A stretch of 40,494 nucleotides of DNA from the NCBI GenBank assembly GCA_017650945.1, contig JAGCDW010000025.1:1-40494 (forward strand). Reading direction: 5' to 3'. The notes under the pieces were generated by a model. It ran no database searches. It worked only from the letters and a program-made list of their open reading frames with translations, and had not been told where the DNA came from. The position numbers were made by a program, and so were the translations under genes. Source of the stretch: Alphaproteobacteria bacterium (GTDB lineage: Bacteria > Pseudomonadota > Alphaproteobacteria > Rs-D84). Positions 24,418-35,131 of this stretch are shown here, piece after piece. Numbering within the stretch: position 1 is the stretch's first letter; every line of letters begins with the position of its first letter.

Positions 24418-25653
24418 ATGCAAAAACCGGAACCGTTTGTTAAACCTGATATGATTTTTTCTGTGACCGATGCTTCGGCATTGCTTAAAAACGTGGTTGA
24501 AACCGCGTTCCCGGTTATAAAGATTCGCGGTGAACTGTCGCAAATCACGCGTGCGACTTCGGGGCATATGTATATGACGATAAAGGATTCCGGGGCCGCA
24601 ATGTCTGTGATTATTTGGCGCGGAACACCGGTGAATTTTGCGCTGTCCGAGGGATTAGAGGTTATAATTACCGGAAAACTTACGACTTACCCGGCGCGCA
24701 GCAATTATCAGATTGTGGCAAACAGTATTGAAATGGCCGGCGTTGGTGCAATCCTTAAAATGCTTGAAGAACGCAAACAGAAATTGGCGGCCGAGGGGTT
24801 GTTTGACACATCGCGTAAAAAGCCGTTGCCAAAATTGCCAACTACAATCGGTGTGGTAACAAGTCCGACCGGTGCCGCGTTCCAAGATATTCAGAACCGC
24901 CTGCGCGAACGGTTTCCGGTGCATGTGATTTTGTATCCTGCGACCGTCCAAGGCACAACCGCCGCGGCTGAGGTTGCGGCCGGTGTCGAATACTTTAACC
25001 GTGCGAAAAATGTTGATGTTATAATTGTGGCGCGTGGTGGGGGGGCATTGGAAGATTTGTTGCCCTTTTCCGAAGAAATCGTTGTGCGCGCGGTCGCAAA
25101 CAGCCAAATTCCGGTTATAACCGGCGTTGGACACGAACCGGATTGGATGTTGGTTGACTTTGCGGCGGACTTTCGGGCACCAACACCAACCGGCGCGGCT
25201 GAGGCAGTTGTGCCAACGAAAATATCACTCGTTCAAGACCTGGAAAATCTGGGGCATCGGTTGTCGGTGGGTTTTGCGACAAAGTTCATAAACCTTAAAC
25301 AAAAAATTGAAAACATAAATGTAAAAAGCCCGCGGCAAATGCTGATGGAGCGGACGCAAAGAATTGACGATATCACGCGAACGCTGGGTGTTATAATAAA
25401 TGCAAAAATGACTGACGCGAAACATAAAATGGAAATTGTTGCGCGTATGCCTGATATACTAAACAATAAAATGTTAAACCTGCGGCGCGGATTGGAACAT
25501 ATGGGGCAAATGCTAAATTCGTTGGGGTATAAGAATGTGCTAAACCGCGGTTACGCCATTGCGCGCGCGGCGGACGGCGCGATTATATCAAGTGCCGTGG
25601 TGACCACCAAAATCGCATCGGTTGAATTTGCAGATGGAATTATAAATATCTAG
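24418..25653 (+). CDS. xseA: Exodeoxyribonuclease VII large subunit
   Basis: OB-fold N-terminus (IKIRGELSQITRATSGHMYMTIKD). IGVVTSPTGAAFQDI and ARGGGALEDL motifs. Confidence 0.9.
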   Translation: MQKPEPFVKPDMIFSVTDASALLKNVVETAFPVIKIRGELSQITRATSGHMYMTIKDSGAAMSVIIWRGTPVNFALSEGLEVIITGKLTTYPARSNYQIVANSIEMAGVGAILKMLEERKQKLAAEGLFDTSRKKPLPKLPTTIGVVTSPTGAAFQDIQNRLRERFPVHVILYPATVQGTTAAAEVAAGVEYFNRAKNVDVIIVARGGGALEDLLPFSEEIVVRAVANSQIPVITGVGHEPDWMLVDFAADFRAPTPTGAAEAVVPTKISLVQDLENLGHRLSVGFATKFINLKQKIENINVKSPRQMLMERTQRIDDITRTLGVIINAKMTDAKHKMEIVARMPDILNNKMLNLRRGLEHMGQMLNSLGYKNVLNRGYAIARAADGAIISSAVVTTKIASVEFADGIINI

Positions 25654-25655
25654 GA

Positions 25656-26036
25656 TTATTTTTGTTTTGTTTGTAAAATATATTCCTGTACGTCCATGGC
25701 CGTATTTTCGTTTAACCATTGTGCCACAATGTGTCGATGGCAAAACTTTTCCGGCGTTTCGAAACACAGTAAAACGATATCTGTTCCAAAATTTTGAAGT
25801 TCGCTTGCCACCACGATTGGATTGAGTGCGGCCAATACAGTTTCATTGTATTTTACGGTGTACCATTCCTCGGATAATTTTTTATCGTGCCATTCCTTCC
25901 ACCATGAATACTTCGGTGCCAATTTTTTATATGTTTTTCCTGTGTATCCGTCAGGTGTCCACCCAGATATTCCAACCGGAGTCAGGCCATTTTGTTCGTA
26001 TTCTTTGGTTTTTGCCCAATATCCTGTATATATCAT
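25656..26036 (-). CDS. DUF488-like protein
   Basis: The C-terminal LLCFETPEKFCHRHIVAQWL resembles the DUF488 LLC.E....CHR motif. It lies 4 nt downstream of recN. Confidence 0.4.
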   Translation of the reverse strand: MIYTGYWAKTKEYEQNGLTPVGISGWTPDGYTGKTYKKLAPKYSWWKEWHDKKLSEEWYTVKYNETVLAALNPIVVASELQNFGTDIVLLCFETPEKFCHRHIVAQWLNENTAMDVQEYILQTKQK

Positions 26037-26040
26037 GGCT

Positions 26041-27693
26041 TTATTCCTTTATTAATGTTTTTGCGGTGGCGATTGATTCAGGGGTTATTTCCGCACCACT
26101 GATTATTCGTGCAATTTCGTTTAATCTTTCATCGCCGGTAATTTCGCGCACGTCCGTTGTGGTGGTTTCGCCGTTCGTTGTCTTTTCAATTTTGAAATGG
26201 CGGTCGGCAAAGCCCGCGACCTGGGCCGAATGGGTTATAACAATTGCCTGGGAATCATGTGCAAGGCGATTTAGACGACTGCCAACTGCACTTGCGGTGG
26301 CACCGCTGATTCCGGTGTCAACCTCGTCAAAAACAAAAGTATGCGATGCATCGTTGTCCGCCAAGACCACGCGCATGGCAAGCATCAAACGCGCAAGTTC
26401 ACCACCCGATGCCGCGCGATGTAGTGGTGCAAACGGCATGCCGGGGTTTGTTTTTATCATAAATAACACATCGTCCGCGCCCGTCGCCGATGGTTCGCGC
26501 GGCATGATTTCAATATTAAAATCCGCATTTCCAAGTTTCAAATCCGGTAATTCGCAGAGCAACCGCGACCGCAATTCTGCCGCCGCACGACCACGTCCAT
26601 TGGTCAGTTCCCGCGCCGCCGATTGATATGCGTCGCGCGTTTTCGTAACAATTGACTTTAACCGTTTTAATTCGTCATCTGAATTAGTTATGGTGTGTAA
26701 CTCTGATTCCATCTCTGCCAATTTTTGTGGCAATTCATCGGCCACAACATGATGCTTGCGTGCCGCTGCACGAATTGCAAAAAGTCGTTCCTCTATCGAA
26801 TCAACAGTATCCGTATCAATTTCGTTTGGCGCGATTTGTTCGGCAACGCGCGCGACAATTTCCGCCGCGTTATACAGGTTGTCAATTTGCTCTGAATACG
26901 GATTCGGTTCGCCCCGCACCCGTTCCAAGATATGCGCAACCGTGAAAATTTGCGCGTCCAATGTGTCGCCACCGCGACCCATCGCCGCAACCGCATCCGC
27001 CAAAACCGCCGCGTTCTTTTCGGCGTTTATCATATCGGCGCGTTTGTTGGCAAGTTCGGTTTCTTCGCCGGGATGCACGTTTAATGCGCGCAGTTCCGCA
27101 ATGTTGTGTTCCAAATATTCCTGTTCCGCCGCGTTTTTATTAAGGAAATCTTGCACTTCTTGTAACTTTTTCGTTGCTGCATGATATTCGTTATATGTGT
27201 TCGCCACACGTTCCAAGATATTTGCAAAACCGTCAATATTCTTGGTTGCAAAATTATCAAGTGCGACGCGATGTGTTGTCGGGTCAAGCAATGTGTGATT
27301 TGCAAACTGACCGTGGATTTCCAACAATAAATCACCGACCGATTTAAGAACACGCACCGAAACCGGTGTGTCGTTTATCCAGGCGCGGCTTTTACCATCC
27401 ATACCAAGTGTTCGGCGCAATATGATTGTACCATCACATTCGATTCCTGTGTCATCAAGAATCGCATTCGCGGCCATGGGACACGAATCAAATTCCGCCG
27501 TAACCGATGCGCTGTCAGTGCCATGACGAATGAGGCCAATATCCGAACGTGCACCAAGCGCAAGCGATAACGCGTCAAGCAATATACTTTTTCCGGCACC
27601 CGTTTCACCTGTCAGAATATTCAACCCCGAACCAAATTCAAGATTTAGTTTATCAATAAGAACTATGTTAGAAATCGTTAAATGTGTCAGCAT
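26041..27693 (-). CDS. recN: DNA repair protein RecN
   Basis: MLTHLTISNIVLIDKLNLEFGSGLNILTGETGAGKSILLDAL, and SGGELARLMLA...FDEVDTGI. Confidence 0.92.
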   Translation of the reverse strand: MLTHLTISNIVLIDKLNLEFGSGLNILTGETGAGKSILLDALSLALGARSDIGLIRHGTDSASVTAEFDSCPMAANAILDDTGIECDGTIILRRTLGMDGKSRAWINDTPVSVRVLKSVGDLLLEIHGQFANHTLLDPTTHRVALDNFATKNIDGFANILERVANTYNEYHAATKKLQEVQDFLNKNAAEQEYLEHNIAELRALNVHPGEETELANKRADMINAEKNAAVLADAVAAMGRGGDTLDAQIFTVAHILERVRGEPNPYSEQIDNLYNAAEIVARVAEQIAPNEIDTDTVDSIEERLFAIRAAARKHHVVADELPQKLAEMESELHTITNSDDELKRLKSIVTKTRDAYQSAARELTNGRGRAAAELRSRLLCELPDLKLGNADFNIEIMPREPSATGADDVLFMIKTNPGMPFAPLHRAASGGELARLMLAMRVVLADNDASHTFVFDEVDTGISGATASAVGSRLNRLAHDSQAIVITHSAQVAGFADRHFKIEKTTNGETTTTDVREITGDERLNEIARIISGAEITPESIATAKTLIKE

Positions 27694-27713
27694 ATCAATG
27701 TAATAATACCCCT

Positions 27714-28163
27714 TTATATTACATTTTCCAGTGTAAAATCATTCAGCCAAAGGATTTTACATTTGATGTTAAAGTCCGGAAAAATTTCCTTTAACAATTT
27801 ATAATATTCCATTAATTGCACGCGATATTTTTCATAATACTTTTTCTTGTTCGCATCTGTTTTGTAATCTAAAACAACAACTGTTTTTGTGTCTTTGTTC
27901 ACATACAACCGGTCGACACGGCGACTTAGGAACACGCTATCGACATAACCCGCCAACGGAACTTCGGTCCGCGAAAGCGGTCCCATAATTTCAGATAATT
28001 CTGTATGAGTTTTTATCTTTGAAACTATATCTGCCGGCCCAACAAAATCACCATTTTGAAATCTAATCTTTGCCATTTGTGCATGCATATCTGTACCAGC
28101 GGCGGTTGCAAATTCTGCCGATTCAATATCATGCATAATTTTGTTTAATTTAGTTTGCTGCAT
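27714..28163 (-). CDS. PD-(D/E)xK (RecB-family) nuclease domain protein: detached C-terminal part of AddA
   Basis: GYVDSV...VDRLYV, VVVLDYKT and QLMEYY match the RecB-nuclease motifs (D, DxK, QxxxY). It overlaps the helicase ORF by 14 nt in another frame. Confidence 0.65.
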   Translation of the reverse strand: MQQTKLNKIMHDIESAEFATAAGTDMHAQMAKIRFQNGDFVGPADIVSKIKTHTELSEIMGPLSRTEVPLAGYVDSVFLSRRVDRLYVNKDTKTVVVLDYKTDANKKKYYEKYRVQLMEYYKLLKEIFPDFNIKCKILWLNDFTLENVI

Positions 28164-30747
28164 TAGAAATCCTTATAATACCATCGGTTACACCAACCTT
28201 TTCTGCCAAGGTTTTCCATAACATATTATGCCAAGAAAGTTCGGGGGCGTTTTTGTTCTGCGAAAAACCATATATATAAAGTTCATCACGCGCGCGCGTC
28301 ATCGCAACGTAAAGCAAGCGGAAGTTTTCTTCGGTTGATGCACGTGTCGTGCGCGATTTAATTTTCTCAAATTCAGGGCTATATTCTTTTGGCGCGCGCG
28401 CAGTCCAAAGCCAAACTGGCAAATCATCAACATCTCCCGCAAGGTTATATAATGATACAGGTCGTGGCATCGATACAGTATCAATCAAAAATACCACGCG
28501 CGATTGTAGGCCTTTGCTGCCATGAACCGTTACTATACGGACCCCGCCCCCAGAATCCATATCGCGCTTTATTTCCGCCGCCCCCGTTATGAACCATTTG
28601 ATAAAGTGCCGTAATGTTCCAGGACACGTTCTTTCGTACGACAAGCAAATCGTCATAAATTCTTCCAATGGATCAAGTATATGCACACCTAATGCCGCAA
28701 CCATTTTTTCGCGCATACCACGATGATTCAAAACATAACTAAAAAATGTATAAGGGCCAGATATATTATAAACCTGAATAAAATCAGAAAGAATTTCAAA
28801 TACATCTTTATGTTTTTCGGCCAGCAAACCAAAAACACTTTTATCTTTATTTCTGTTCGCACATAACTTATAAATATCGTTTTCAGCAAACCTAAACATC
28901 GGGCTTTTTAGCACACAACACAAACTGTAATCATCTTTTGTGTTCATACAAAACCGCAACAGATTCATCAAATCTTTGATAACAGGAAATTCTGGCAAAA
29001 CAATCCTGTCGCTACCCGCGACCGATATTCCGCGCTGTTTAAGGGCAAAAGTCATGGGCGCAACAAGTGGCGCACGCTGACGCACCAAAATCATAAAATC
29101 ATTTGGTTTATACTTTCCTGTTGATAAAAGCATTGCGATTTTGTCGGCTATATTCGACACATATTGTTTGCGAACTTTTTCTGTTGAAAGTTCAGAATCG
29201 CGCGACGACACCAATTCGTGCATTTCAACCAAACCGGGCACGCCAACCCGAAAACATTTGTGCGGATTATTTATAAACCCGGTCTCAAACGCAACATTTT
29301 CATCACCGAAAAACATATCAACCGTTTGCAAAATCGGCTCGGTTGAACGAAAACTTTGTGTAAGTGGAACTTCCCTAATTTCACGAACATTGTTTTTGAT
29401 ATATTTTGATATTTCCTGTTTGCTCTTTATAAAAGCATTTGCATCCGCGCCTTGGAAACCATAGATAGATTGCTTTGTGTCCCCAACAACAAACAGCGAA
29501 TGCGGCATATCGGACGCATCACCTTCGGTAAAAAAGTCGCCCGCCAACATTTGCAGAATTTCCCATTGTATAGGCCCGGTATCTTGCGCTTCGTCCACCA
29601 ATATATGTGATAAAGACAAATCAAGCCCAGACAAAATCCAGCCCATAGTTTCAGGGTTAGAAAACAAACGATGTGTGTATAAAATCAAATCTTCAAAATC
29701 GAGGACATTTTGTACCGCCTTTAATTCGCGGTATTTTTGTGCAAATGCCGCCGACAAATCAAAAAGCGCAAGTGAATCATAATAAATTTTTTCGTTTATA
29801 TGTCGAACATTTAATTCAAAAACACGGCGGCTTTCATCTGCCAAATATGAATAGTTTAGACCGGTTTTTATCGGTGTACCATCGTTGGTTAAATATGCGT
29901 GTTTATATTGTTCGAAATCTATTGATGAATCAATGTATTGTTCGGTCAATTCAATTAAATTTTTTAATTTTGTTCCAATCTTTTTTTCGGTCCTGGCTTT
30001 TTCGACTATTTCTTTTAACTTTTCGACAGAAATATCAGGATAAGTATCGTTTTTTTCAAAATGTAAATTAAGGTTTTTTTTAATCGTATCAATGAAATAA
30101 TTCCTATATTTAACAAAATCTTTTACCATAAAAAAATGCTTTACCTGCTGTTCAAGATACTTTAATAAATCATCAATTTTATGCTCTGATATTGTTCCAA
30201 CAAGGTAATCAAACGCATTACTAACCCGTGTATCGTTGTGCGAAGAATTAACAAGTTTATCGAGCGCATCGTGCAACAAAACCCTTTGTGGTGCATCGGA
30301 TATCAATGACCATGACGGGGATATGCCGGCCTCGGTTGGAAAACGGTGTAAAATTTCTTCACAAAACCCATGTATAGTTTTTATTTTAAGCAAGTCAGGG
30401 TTATCAATATACCTAAAAAAAACCGCCCGCGCGTGTGCGAGATCAGCGTCCGTAGGCGCGGTGTTTTTTGATACGCCTAAAAGCAATTCGCGCAACTCAT
30501 CATCATTTGCCATTGCCCAATTCCGTAGCGCACCAAGTATGCGTCCGCGCATTTCGCCCGCCGCCGCGTTGGTATAAGTAAGGCATAAAATTCCAGAACT
30601 TGGCGAATTATCACGAAACAGAATACGCAACAATCGTTCAATTAACACGCTCGTTTTTCCGGTGCCGGCGTTTGCCTGGACCCAGACATTTCTTGTTGGT
30701 TCGGCGGCAAATTCTTGTTCGGGTGAAAGGGTATCTTTTTTTATCAT
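28150..30747 (-). CDS. addA: AddA-like UvrD/Rep superfamily-1 helicase (helicase part only)
   Basis: NVWVQANAGTGKTSVLIERLLRIL (Walker A), ILVDEAQDTGPIQ and YVAMTRARDELYIYG. It ends about 40 aa after motif VI. Confidence 0.75.
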   Translation of the reverse strand: MIKKDTLSPEQEFAAEPTRNVWVQANAGTGKTSVLIERLLRILFRDNSPSSGILCLTYTNAAAGEMRGRILGALRNWAMANDDELRELLLGVSKNTAPTDADLAHARAVFFRYIDNPDLLKIKTIHGFCEEILHRFPTEAGISPSWSLISDAPQRVLLHDALDKLVNSSHNDTRVSNAFDYLVGTISEHKIDDLLKYLEQQVKHFFMVKDFVKYRNYFIDTIKKNLNLHFEKNDTYPDISVEKLKEIVEKARTEKKIGTKLKNLIELTEQYIDSSIDFEQYKHAYLTNDGTPIKTGLNYSYLADESRRVFELNVRHINEKIYYDSLALFDLSAAFAQKYRELKAVQNVLDFEDLILYTHRLFSNPETMGWILSGLDLSLSHILVDEAQDTGPIQWEILQMLAGDFFTEGDASDMPHSLFVVGDTKQSIYGFQGADANAFIKSKQEISKYIKNNVREIREVPLTQSFRSTEPILQTVDMFFGDENVAFETGFINNPHKCFRVGVPGLVEMHELVSSRDSELSTEKVRKQYVSNIADKIAMLLSTGKYKPNDFMILVRQRAPLVAPMTFALKQRGISVAGSDRIVLPEFPVIKDLMNLLRFCMNTKDDYSLCCVLKSPMFRFAENDIYKLCANRNKDKSVFGLLAEKHKDVFEILSDFIQVYNISGPYTFFSYVLNHRGMREKMVAALGVHILDPLEEFMTICLSYERTCPGTLRHFIKWFITGAAEIKRDMDSGGGVRIVTVHGSKGLQSRVVFLIDTVSMPRPVSLYNLAGDVDDLPVWLWTARAPKEYSPEFEKIKSRTTRASTEENFRLLYVAMTRARDELYIYGFSQNKNAPELSWHNMLWKTLAEKVGVTDGIIRISNAAN

Positions 30748-30837
30748 TTATGTCCTTGCTTTATTGTTTAAATTTTATTATAAATAACACCGAACTGCAA
30801 GGAATAATAAAATTTCACATTACTGTGGGGGGAAAAG

Positions 30838-32766
30838 ATGACTTTGACAGATATATGGATTATGGTTGGTTCGGTAATTGGCGCATTATTTGTCGGCGTG
30901 TTGATTGCGCTGTTCTTTATTTCCCGCCGTTCACAGCGTGTGATGCAATCTGTGCTTGACATTATGACGGCACCTGACCGCGCACGAATAACGGATGCTT
31001 CGCGTGTTTTACAAACAATTATGGCGGACGAAATTGCTAAAATTTCCGCGTGTTTTACCGAAATTCGCGAAACATTAAAAACACAAATTGGTGTGGCAGA
31101 AAAGTTACGCGGCGAACTTGCCATGCGTAACGAGAGTTTGGTCAATATCGCGAACGATGCGGTTATGCGCGTTTCACAAATGACGGATAGGGTTGATAAT
31201 ACTGTAACAGGGTTGCGTGAGGTTGTTGATTCTGAGGCATGGGGTGATGTTGCGAACGCGACCGATAGGTTTGCCGCAACGGTTTGGGAAACACTTACAA
31301 AAATAACAGAAACAACTAAGGATTCATCTGATAAAATTGCAACAATTGACGAAAAAATTGCCGATTGGACCGAAAGCACAAAAAATCTCGCAAATGAATT
31401 AAATGGCACAATTGATACGGCGGTGGAAAAATTTCAACAAATGTCAAATGAATCTGATGGCATGAAAAATGATATTACCGAATTGACCAAGGACGCGGTC
31501 GAAGGTTTCGGAAATATCAAGTCATCCGCCACAAATTATGAAGGCATTCTGAATAATAACAATAAAATATTGAATACGTACCTTACAAAACTTGAAACTT
31601 TTGACCGTCAAAGCAAGAAACAATTGACAAGTCAGATGAACACCCTTACTAATACCGCAAATATTGTCGGGGCTCAGGTTATGTTGACGGAATCTTCGGT
31701 TGAAAAGCAATTGCGCAAACTTACCGAAATTGTCGAAATGGTTATCAAGAGTGCGACTGAAACAGAAAGTTCTGTGCGAGGTATATCGAGTGAGTTGTCC
31801 GGCCTTACCAATCATTTCGAAACGGAAATCAAAGAATTTGCGACTGATGTCGTTTCCGAACTGCAAACCGTAGCTGGGGTTGCAAATACAACGCTCAAAG
31901 ATACCAAGACGGCTGCTGGTGCGTTTTCTGAATCTGTAAAATCCATGGCGACCGGTGTGCGTGAAACACTTATCGAAATGAACGCGGCACATACGCAATT
32001 GTCCGGTCAATCCGAAGGCCTTATCAAGATGTCTGTGGACACAACCGCACAGTTAAAGCCGTTGTCTGAATTGATTGAAAAATATTATGCCGCCCTGCCC
32101 GCGTTGGCGCAAAGTTCGGATGATGCCGGCGTGCGCCTTGGTGCGATTGTCGCCGAATTGGACGCCAAGATCTCGACTATGCGCGATACGGTCGCAGGGG
32201 CAACGGAATCTGTTTCTGAATCTGCGGCGAAACTTGATACCCTTGCGGGTGCATCACGTCAACAGATGATAGATTTAATGTCTGACTATGCCAAGGCGGT
32301 TGATACGATGCAGACGCTTAATAAACAAATGGCTGTTGCGCGTGCCGCCGCACCAATGGAAGCGATAAGTACCTTGACCAAGGGAAACCCGGCACCCGCG
32401 GCCAGCAGTCATGATTTCCTTGCACAATCTACACGTGAATTTGATAAGATGTACGAGCAGACGATTGACCTGACCCGCGCGATGGGGACTGATATACCGG
32501 ATATTGTTTGGAAAAAGTATCATGATGGCGATAAGACAATCTTTGCCAAATGGATGGCCAAGGTTGTAAAGGCTGCAAATAAAAAGCAAATTCGCGATTT
32601 ATTAAAGAATGATTCTGTATTCCGGTCCCAATCTGCACAATTTGTGCGTGCCTTTGACCGTATCTTGTCGGCGGCGAAACAAACAGATACGGCGGACAAA
32701 CTGACCGCCGCACTGATTAAAACCGATTTGGGTATTATATATTCCGCCCTTTCGGCCCAGGTTTAA
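30838..32766 (+). CDS. Membrane-anchored long coiled-coil protein
   Basis: N-terminal TM (IWIMVGSVIGALFVGVLIALFFI) followed by about 500 aa of heptad-like low-Cys sequence. GGGGGGAAAAG SD. Confidence 0.7.
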   Translation: MTLTDIWIMVGSVIGALFVGVLIALFFISRRSQRVMQSVLDIMTAPDRARITDASRVLQTIMADEIAKISACFTEIRETLKTQIGVAEKLRGELAMRNESLVNIANDAVMRVSQMTDRVDNTVTGLREVVDSEAWGDVANATDRFAATVWETLTKITETTKDSSDKIATIDEKIADWTESTKNLANELNGTIDTAVEKFQQMSNESDGMKNDITELTKDAVEGFGNIKSSATNYEGILNNNNKILNTYLTKLETFDRQSKKQLTSQMNTLTNTANIVGAQVMLTESSVEKQLRKLTEIVEMVIKSATETESSVRGISSELSGLTNHFETEIKEFATDVVSELQTVAGVANTTLKDTKTAAGAFSESVKSMATGVRETLIEMNAAHTQLSGQSEGLIKMSVDTTAQLKPLSELIEKYYAALPALAQSSDDAGVRLGAIVAELDAKISTMRDTVAGATESVSESAAKLDTLAGASRQQMIDLMSDYAKAVDTMQTLNKQMAVARAAAPMEAISTLTKGNPAPAASSHDFLAQSTREFDKMYEQTIDLTRAMGTDIPDIVWKKYHDGDKTIFAKWMAKVVKAANKKQIRDLLKNDSVFRSQSAQFVRAFDRILSAAKQTDTADKLTAALIKTDLGIIYSALSAQV

Positions 32767-32819
32767 CGCCCACGGTCGTTATTTTTCGCCTTTTCTTGAA
32801 TTAATTCCCAATCTTCATA

Positions 32820-32966
32820 TTATTTTTCGCCTTCTTTTTCTTCTTTGCGTTTTTCGCGCGTTGTATATGAACGCAGGTTATAAAACAAACCTTCGGGCAA
32901 ATTTTGAACAAAAGTTGTTTTTCCACTTCCAGACTTACCGACACAGCAAAGTAATGACCTTTTCAT
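32820..32966 (-). pseudogene. Truncated P-loop (guanylate-kinase-like) N-terminal fragment
   Basis: AAGGAG SD. MKRSLLCCVGKSGSGKTTFVQNL....SYTTREKR..E then an early TAA (48 aa). Confidence 0.35.
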
Positions 32967-32988
32967 TTTTTTCTCCTTTGGTTATTTT

Positions 32989-33016
32989 AAAAAAAACGGT
33001 CACCAAAAGGTGACCG
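32989..33016 (-). terminator. Rho-independent terminator of rpoD
   Basis: Minus strand: cggtcacc-tttt-ggtgaccg followed by T8. Confidence 0.7.
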
Positions 33017-33022
33017 CGGTTA

Positions 33023-35107
33023 TCAATCTTCCAAAAAGCTGCGTAGTTTGCGCGCCCGCGTTGGGTGCTTTAACTTGTTCAGTGCCTTTTGTTCAATCTG
33101 TCTTATACGTTCGCGCGTAACGCCGATGTATTCGCCGACCTCTTCCAATGTACTGGTTTTATTAGTACTCATTCCAAAGCGTTGACGCAGAACGGTTTCT
33201 TCTTTTGGATCCAGTTCCGATAGAATCTGCGTTACAATTTTACGCAAATTCTTTTGTGCCGCCGAAGTGAACGGATTCTTCGCTGTTTCATCAGCAATAA
33301 TTTCCATACGTGAACTGTCGTCTTCGGTGCCGACAGGTGCCTCCAAAGAAATCGGACGAACATTGACTTTCATCGCCTTGTGAATCTTGTCCACAGGCAA
33401 ATATATTATCTTGGACAATTCTTCGGCGGTTGGCTGACGGCCGTATTTGTGCATAAACTGACGCGATGCGCGTTGGATTTTGTGTATGTTATCAATCATA
33501 TGAACCGGGATACGAATTGTTCGTGCCTGGTCCGCAATACTACGCAAAATCGCCTGTTGAATCCAATTTGTGGCATAGGTTGAAAATTTATTTCCCAAAC
33601 GATAGTCGAATTTATCAACCGCCTTCATAAGGCCGATATTGCCGTCTTGGACCAAATCCGAAAAATCAAGCCCGAGTCCCCTATTACTGCTCTTTTTCGC
33701 AAATTTTATGACAAGACGCAAATTCGCCTCTATCATTTCGCGTTTTGCGCGCGCGGCCTCAGTCTGGCCACGGCGGACTAGTTCAACCACCTTTTTATAT
33801 TCTGCGGTTGGTTGTCCGGTTTCATCAGCAATCGCGGTAATTTCAGATTGAATCTTTAATATATCATCGCCATGCTTTTTCGCGAAGGCCACCCAGTGCG
33901 GATTCTTGTGCTTTAACAACTTTTTCACCCAATTGCGGTTTAATTCATTACCAATATATTCGGCCAAGAAATCTTCACGTTTAATCTTATTCGCAAGCGC
34001 AAGACGCAACAATTTCCCTTCTAGTCCCATAAGCAACTGGTCGCGTTCCGTCAGGCGATCCATAATTTCCGCGATACGGTCGTCGTTCATGCGAATCTTG
34101 CTAACACTTTCAAAGAGCGTAAGACGCATTTTGTTATATTTCGCCTCTAACGCTTCATCAGGTTTCGAAGAAGTCAGCAATTTTTCCATACGCTGGGCCT
34201 GAAGTTTTTGCATACTATTAAATGTACGTTTTATCTTGGTGAACAGTTCAGTAATTGTCGGCATCAGCGCTTCTTCCATCACCGGAATCGGAACACCAGA
34301 GGTGCTGCGTGGGCTATCATCGCGCTTTATTTCTTCGTCTTCGTCATCATCATCTTCGTCTTCATCGTCCATGTCGTCTTCGACGGTTGGCTCGGTCAGA
34401 TCTTCAAAATCTTCGTCCGACAAATCATCAACCTGCTCTACGCCTTTCGACTTTAATGTTTCAGAAAGCGCCGCAACCGATTTTTGTTCGGACTCACTGG
34501 AATACATCGCCTCCAGATTGATTATATAGCGCAGACGAACTTCTTCATTCAAAAGTTGCTGGTACCAATCAAGCATTGCCTGAATTGTCATCGGGCTTTC
34601 GCAAAGGCCGTATATCATTAAACGCGATGCGGCCTCTATACGCTGGGCAATTGCAACCTCGCCCGCCGCGGTCAGTAATTGCACAGTGCCGATTTGTTTC
34701 AAATACGATTGGACAGAATCCTGGACCCCCAAAACAAGTGTGCCGGTTTGGCTGCGTTCCAATTGTTTGGCATAATGTTCGTAATCTTCGTCAGAATCAA
34801 CCTGTTCCGCATCATTATTTAACAAATTGCGGTATTTTTCGGCGTTTTCGTCAGAATCTTCGTCATAATACCTTTCAATGTCCTTTTGATAATTGCCGGT
34901 TTCTAATACCTCCAGCCCTAGGTCCTGCTTAAAGAAATCAAGGACTTCTTGGTGTTCTTCTTCGGGAATTTCGTCAGAACCGCATGCGGCATTAAAATCC
35001 ATTTGTGACAAATAGCCGTTTTCCATCGAAGAAACAGCGAGTTTTTGCAGATTTTCCGGCAATGAATCAACCAATAACCTTGTTGCATCATCAAGTTTTT
35101 TGGACAT
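33023..35107 (-). CDS. rpoD: RNA polymerase sigma factor RpoD (sigma70)
   Basis: Regions 2-4 ([48 protein letters not shown]). Acidic non-conserved insert. Confidence 0.93.
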   Translation of the reverse strand: MSKKLDDATRLLVDSLPENLQKLAVSSMENGYLSQMDFNAACGSDEIPEEEHQEVLDFFKQDLGLEVLETGNYQKDIERYYDEDSDENAEKYRNLLNNDAEQVDSDEDYEHYAKQLERSQTGTLVLGVQDSVQSYLKQIGTVQLLTAAGEVAIAQRIEAASRLMIYGLCESPMTIQAMLDWYQQLLNEEVRLRYIINLEAMYSSESEQKSVAALSETLKSKGVEQVDDLSDEDFEDLTEPTVEDDMDDEDEDDDDEDEEIKRDDSPRSTSGVPIPVMEEALMPTITELFTKIKRTFNSMQKLQAQRMEKLLTSSKPDEALEAKYNKMRLTLFESVSKIRMNDDRIAEIMDRLTERDQLLMGLEGKLLRLALANKIKREDFLAEYIGNELNRNWVKKLLKHKNPHWVAFAKKHGDDILKIQSEITAIADETGQPTAEYKKVVELVRRGQTEAARAKREMIEANLRLVIKFAKKSSNRGLGLDFSDLVQDGNIGLMKAVDKFDYRLGNKFSTYATNWIQQAILRSIADQARTIRIPVHMIDNIHKIQRASRQFMHKYGRQPTAEELSKIIYLPVDKIHKAMKVNVRPISLEAPVGTEDDSSRMEIIADETAKNPFTSAAQKNLRKIVTQILSELDPKEETVLRQRFGMSTNKTSTLEEVGEYIGVTRERIRQIEQKALNKLKHPTRARKLRSFLED

Positions 35108-35131
35108 AAAAAACCCTTATGATTTTTTAGT

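Noticed and set aside
30768-31409. A 213-aa minus-strand ORF. Similar long antisense ORFs occur at 25826-26626, 36171-36761, 19535-20203, 39385-39921 and 3503-3988.
   Set aside because: Each lies fully antisense to a gene with clear family motifs or a better SD. They are low-complexity shadow ORFs typical of antisense frames.
34300-34400. An Asp/Glu codon run (gtcttcgtcatcatcatcttcgtcttcatcgtcc...), considered as a possible repeat element.
   Set aside because: It encodes the acidic non-conserved insert of sigma70 ([16 protein letters not shown]), a common feature of RpoD.
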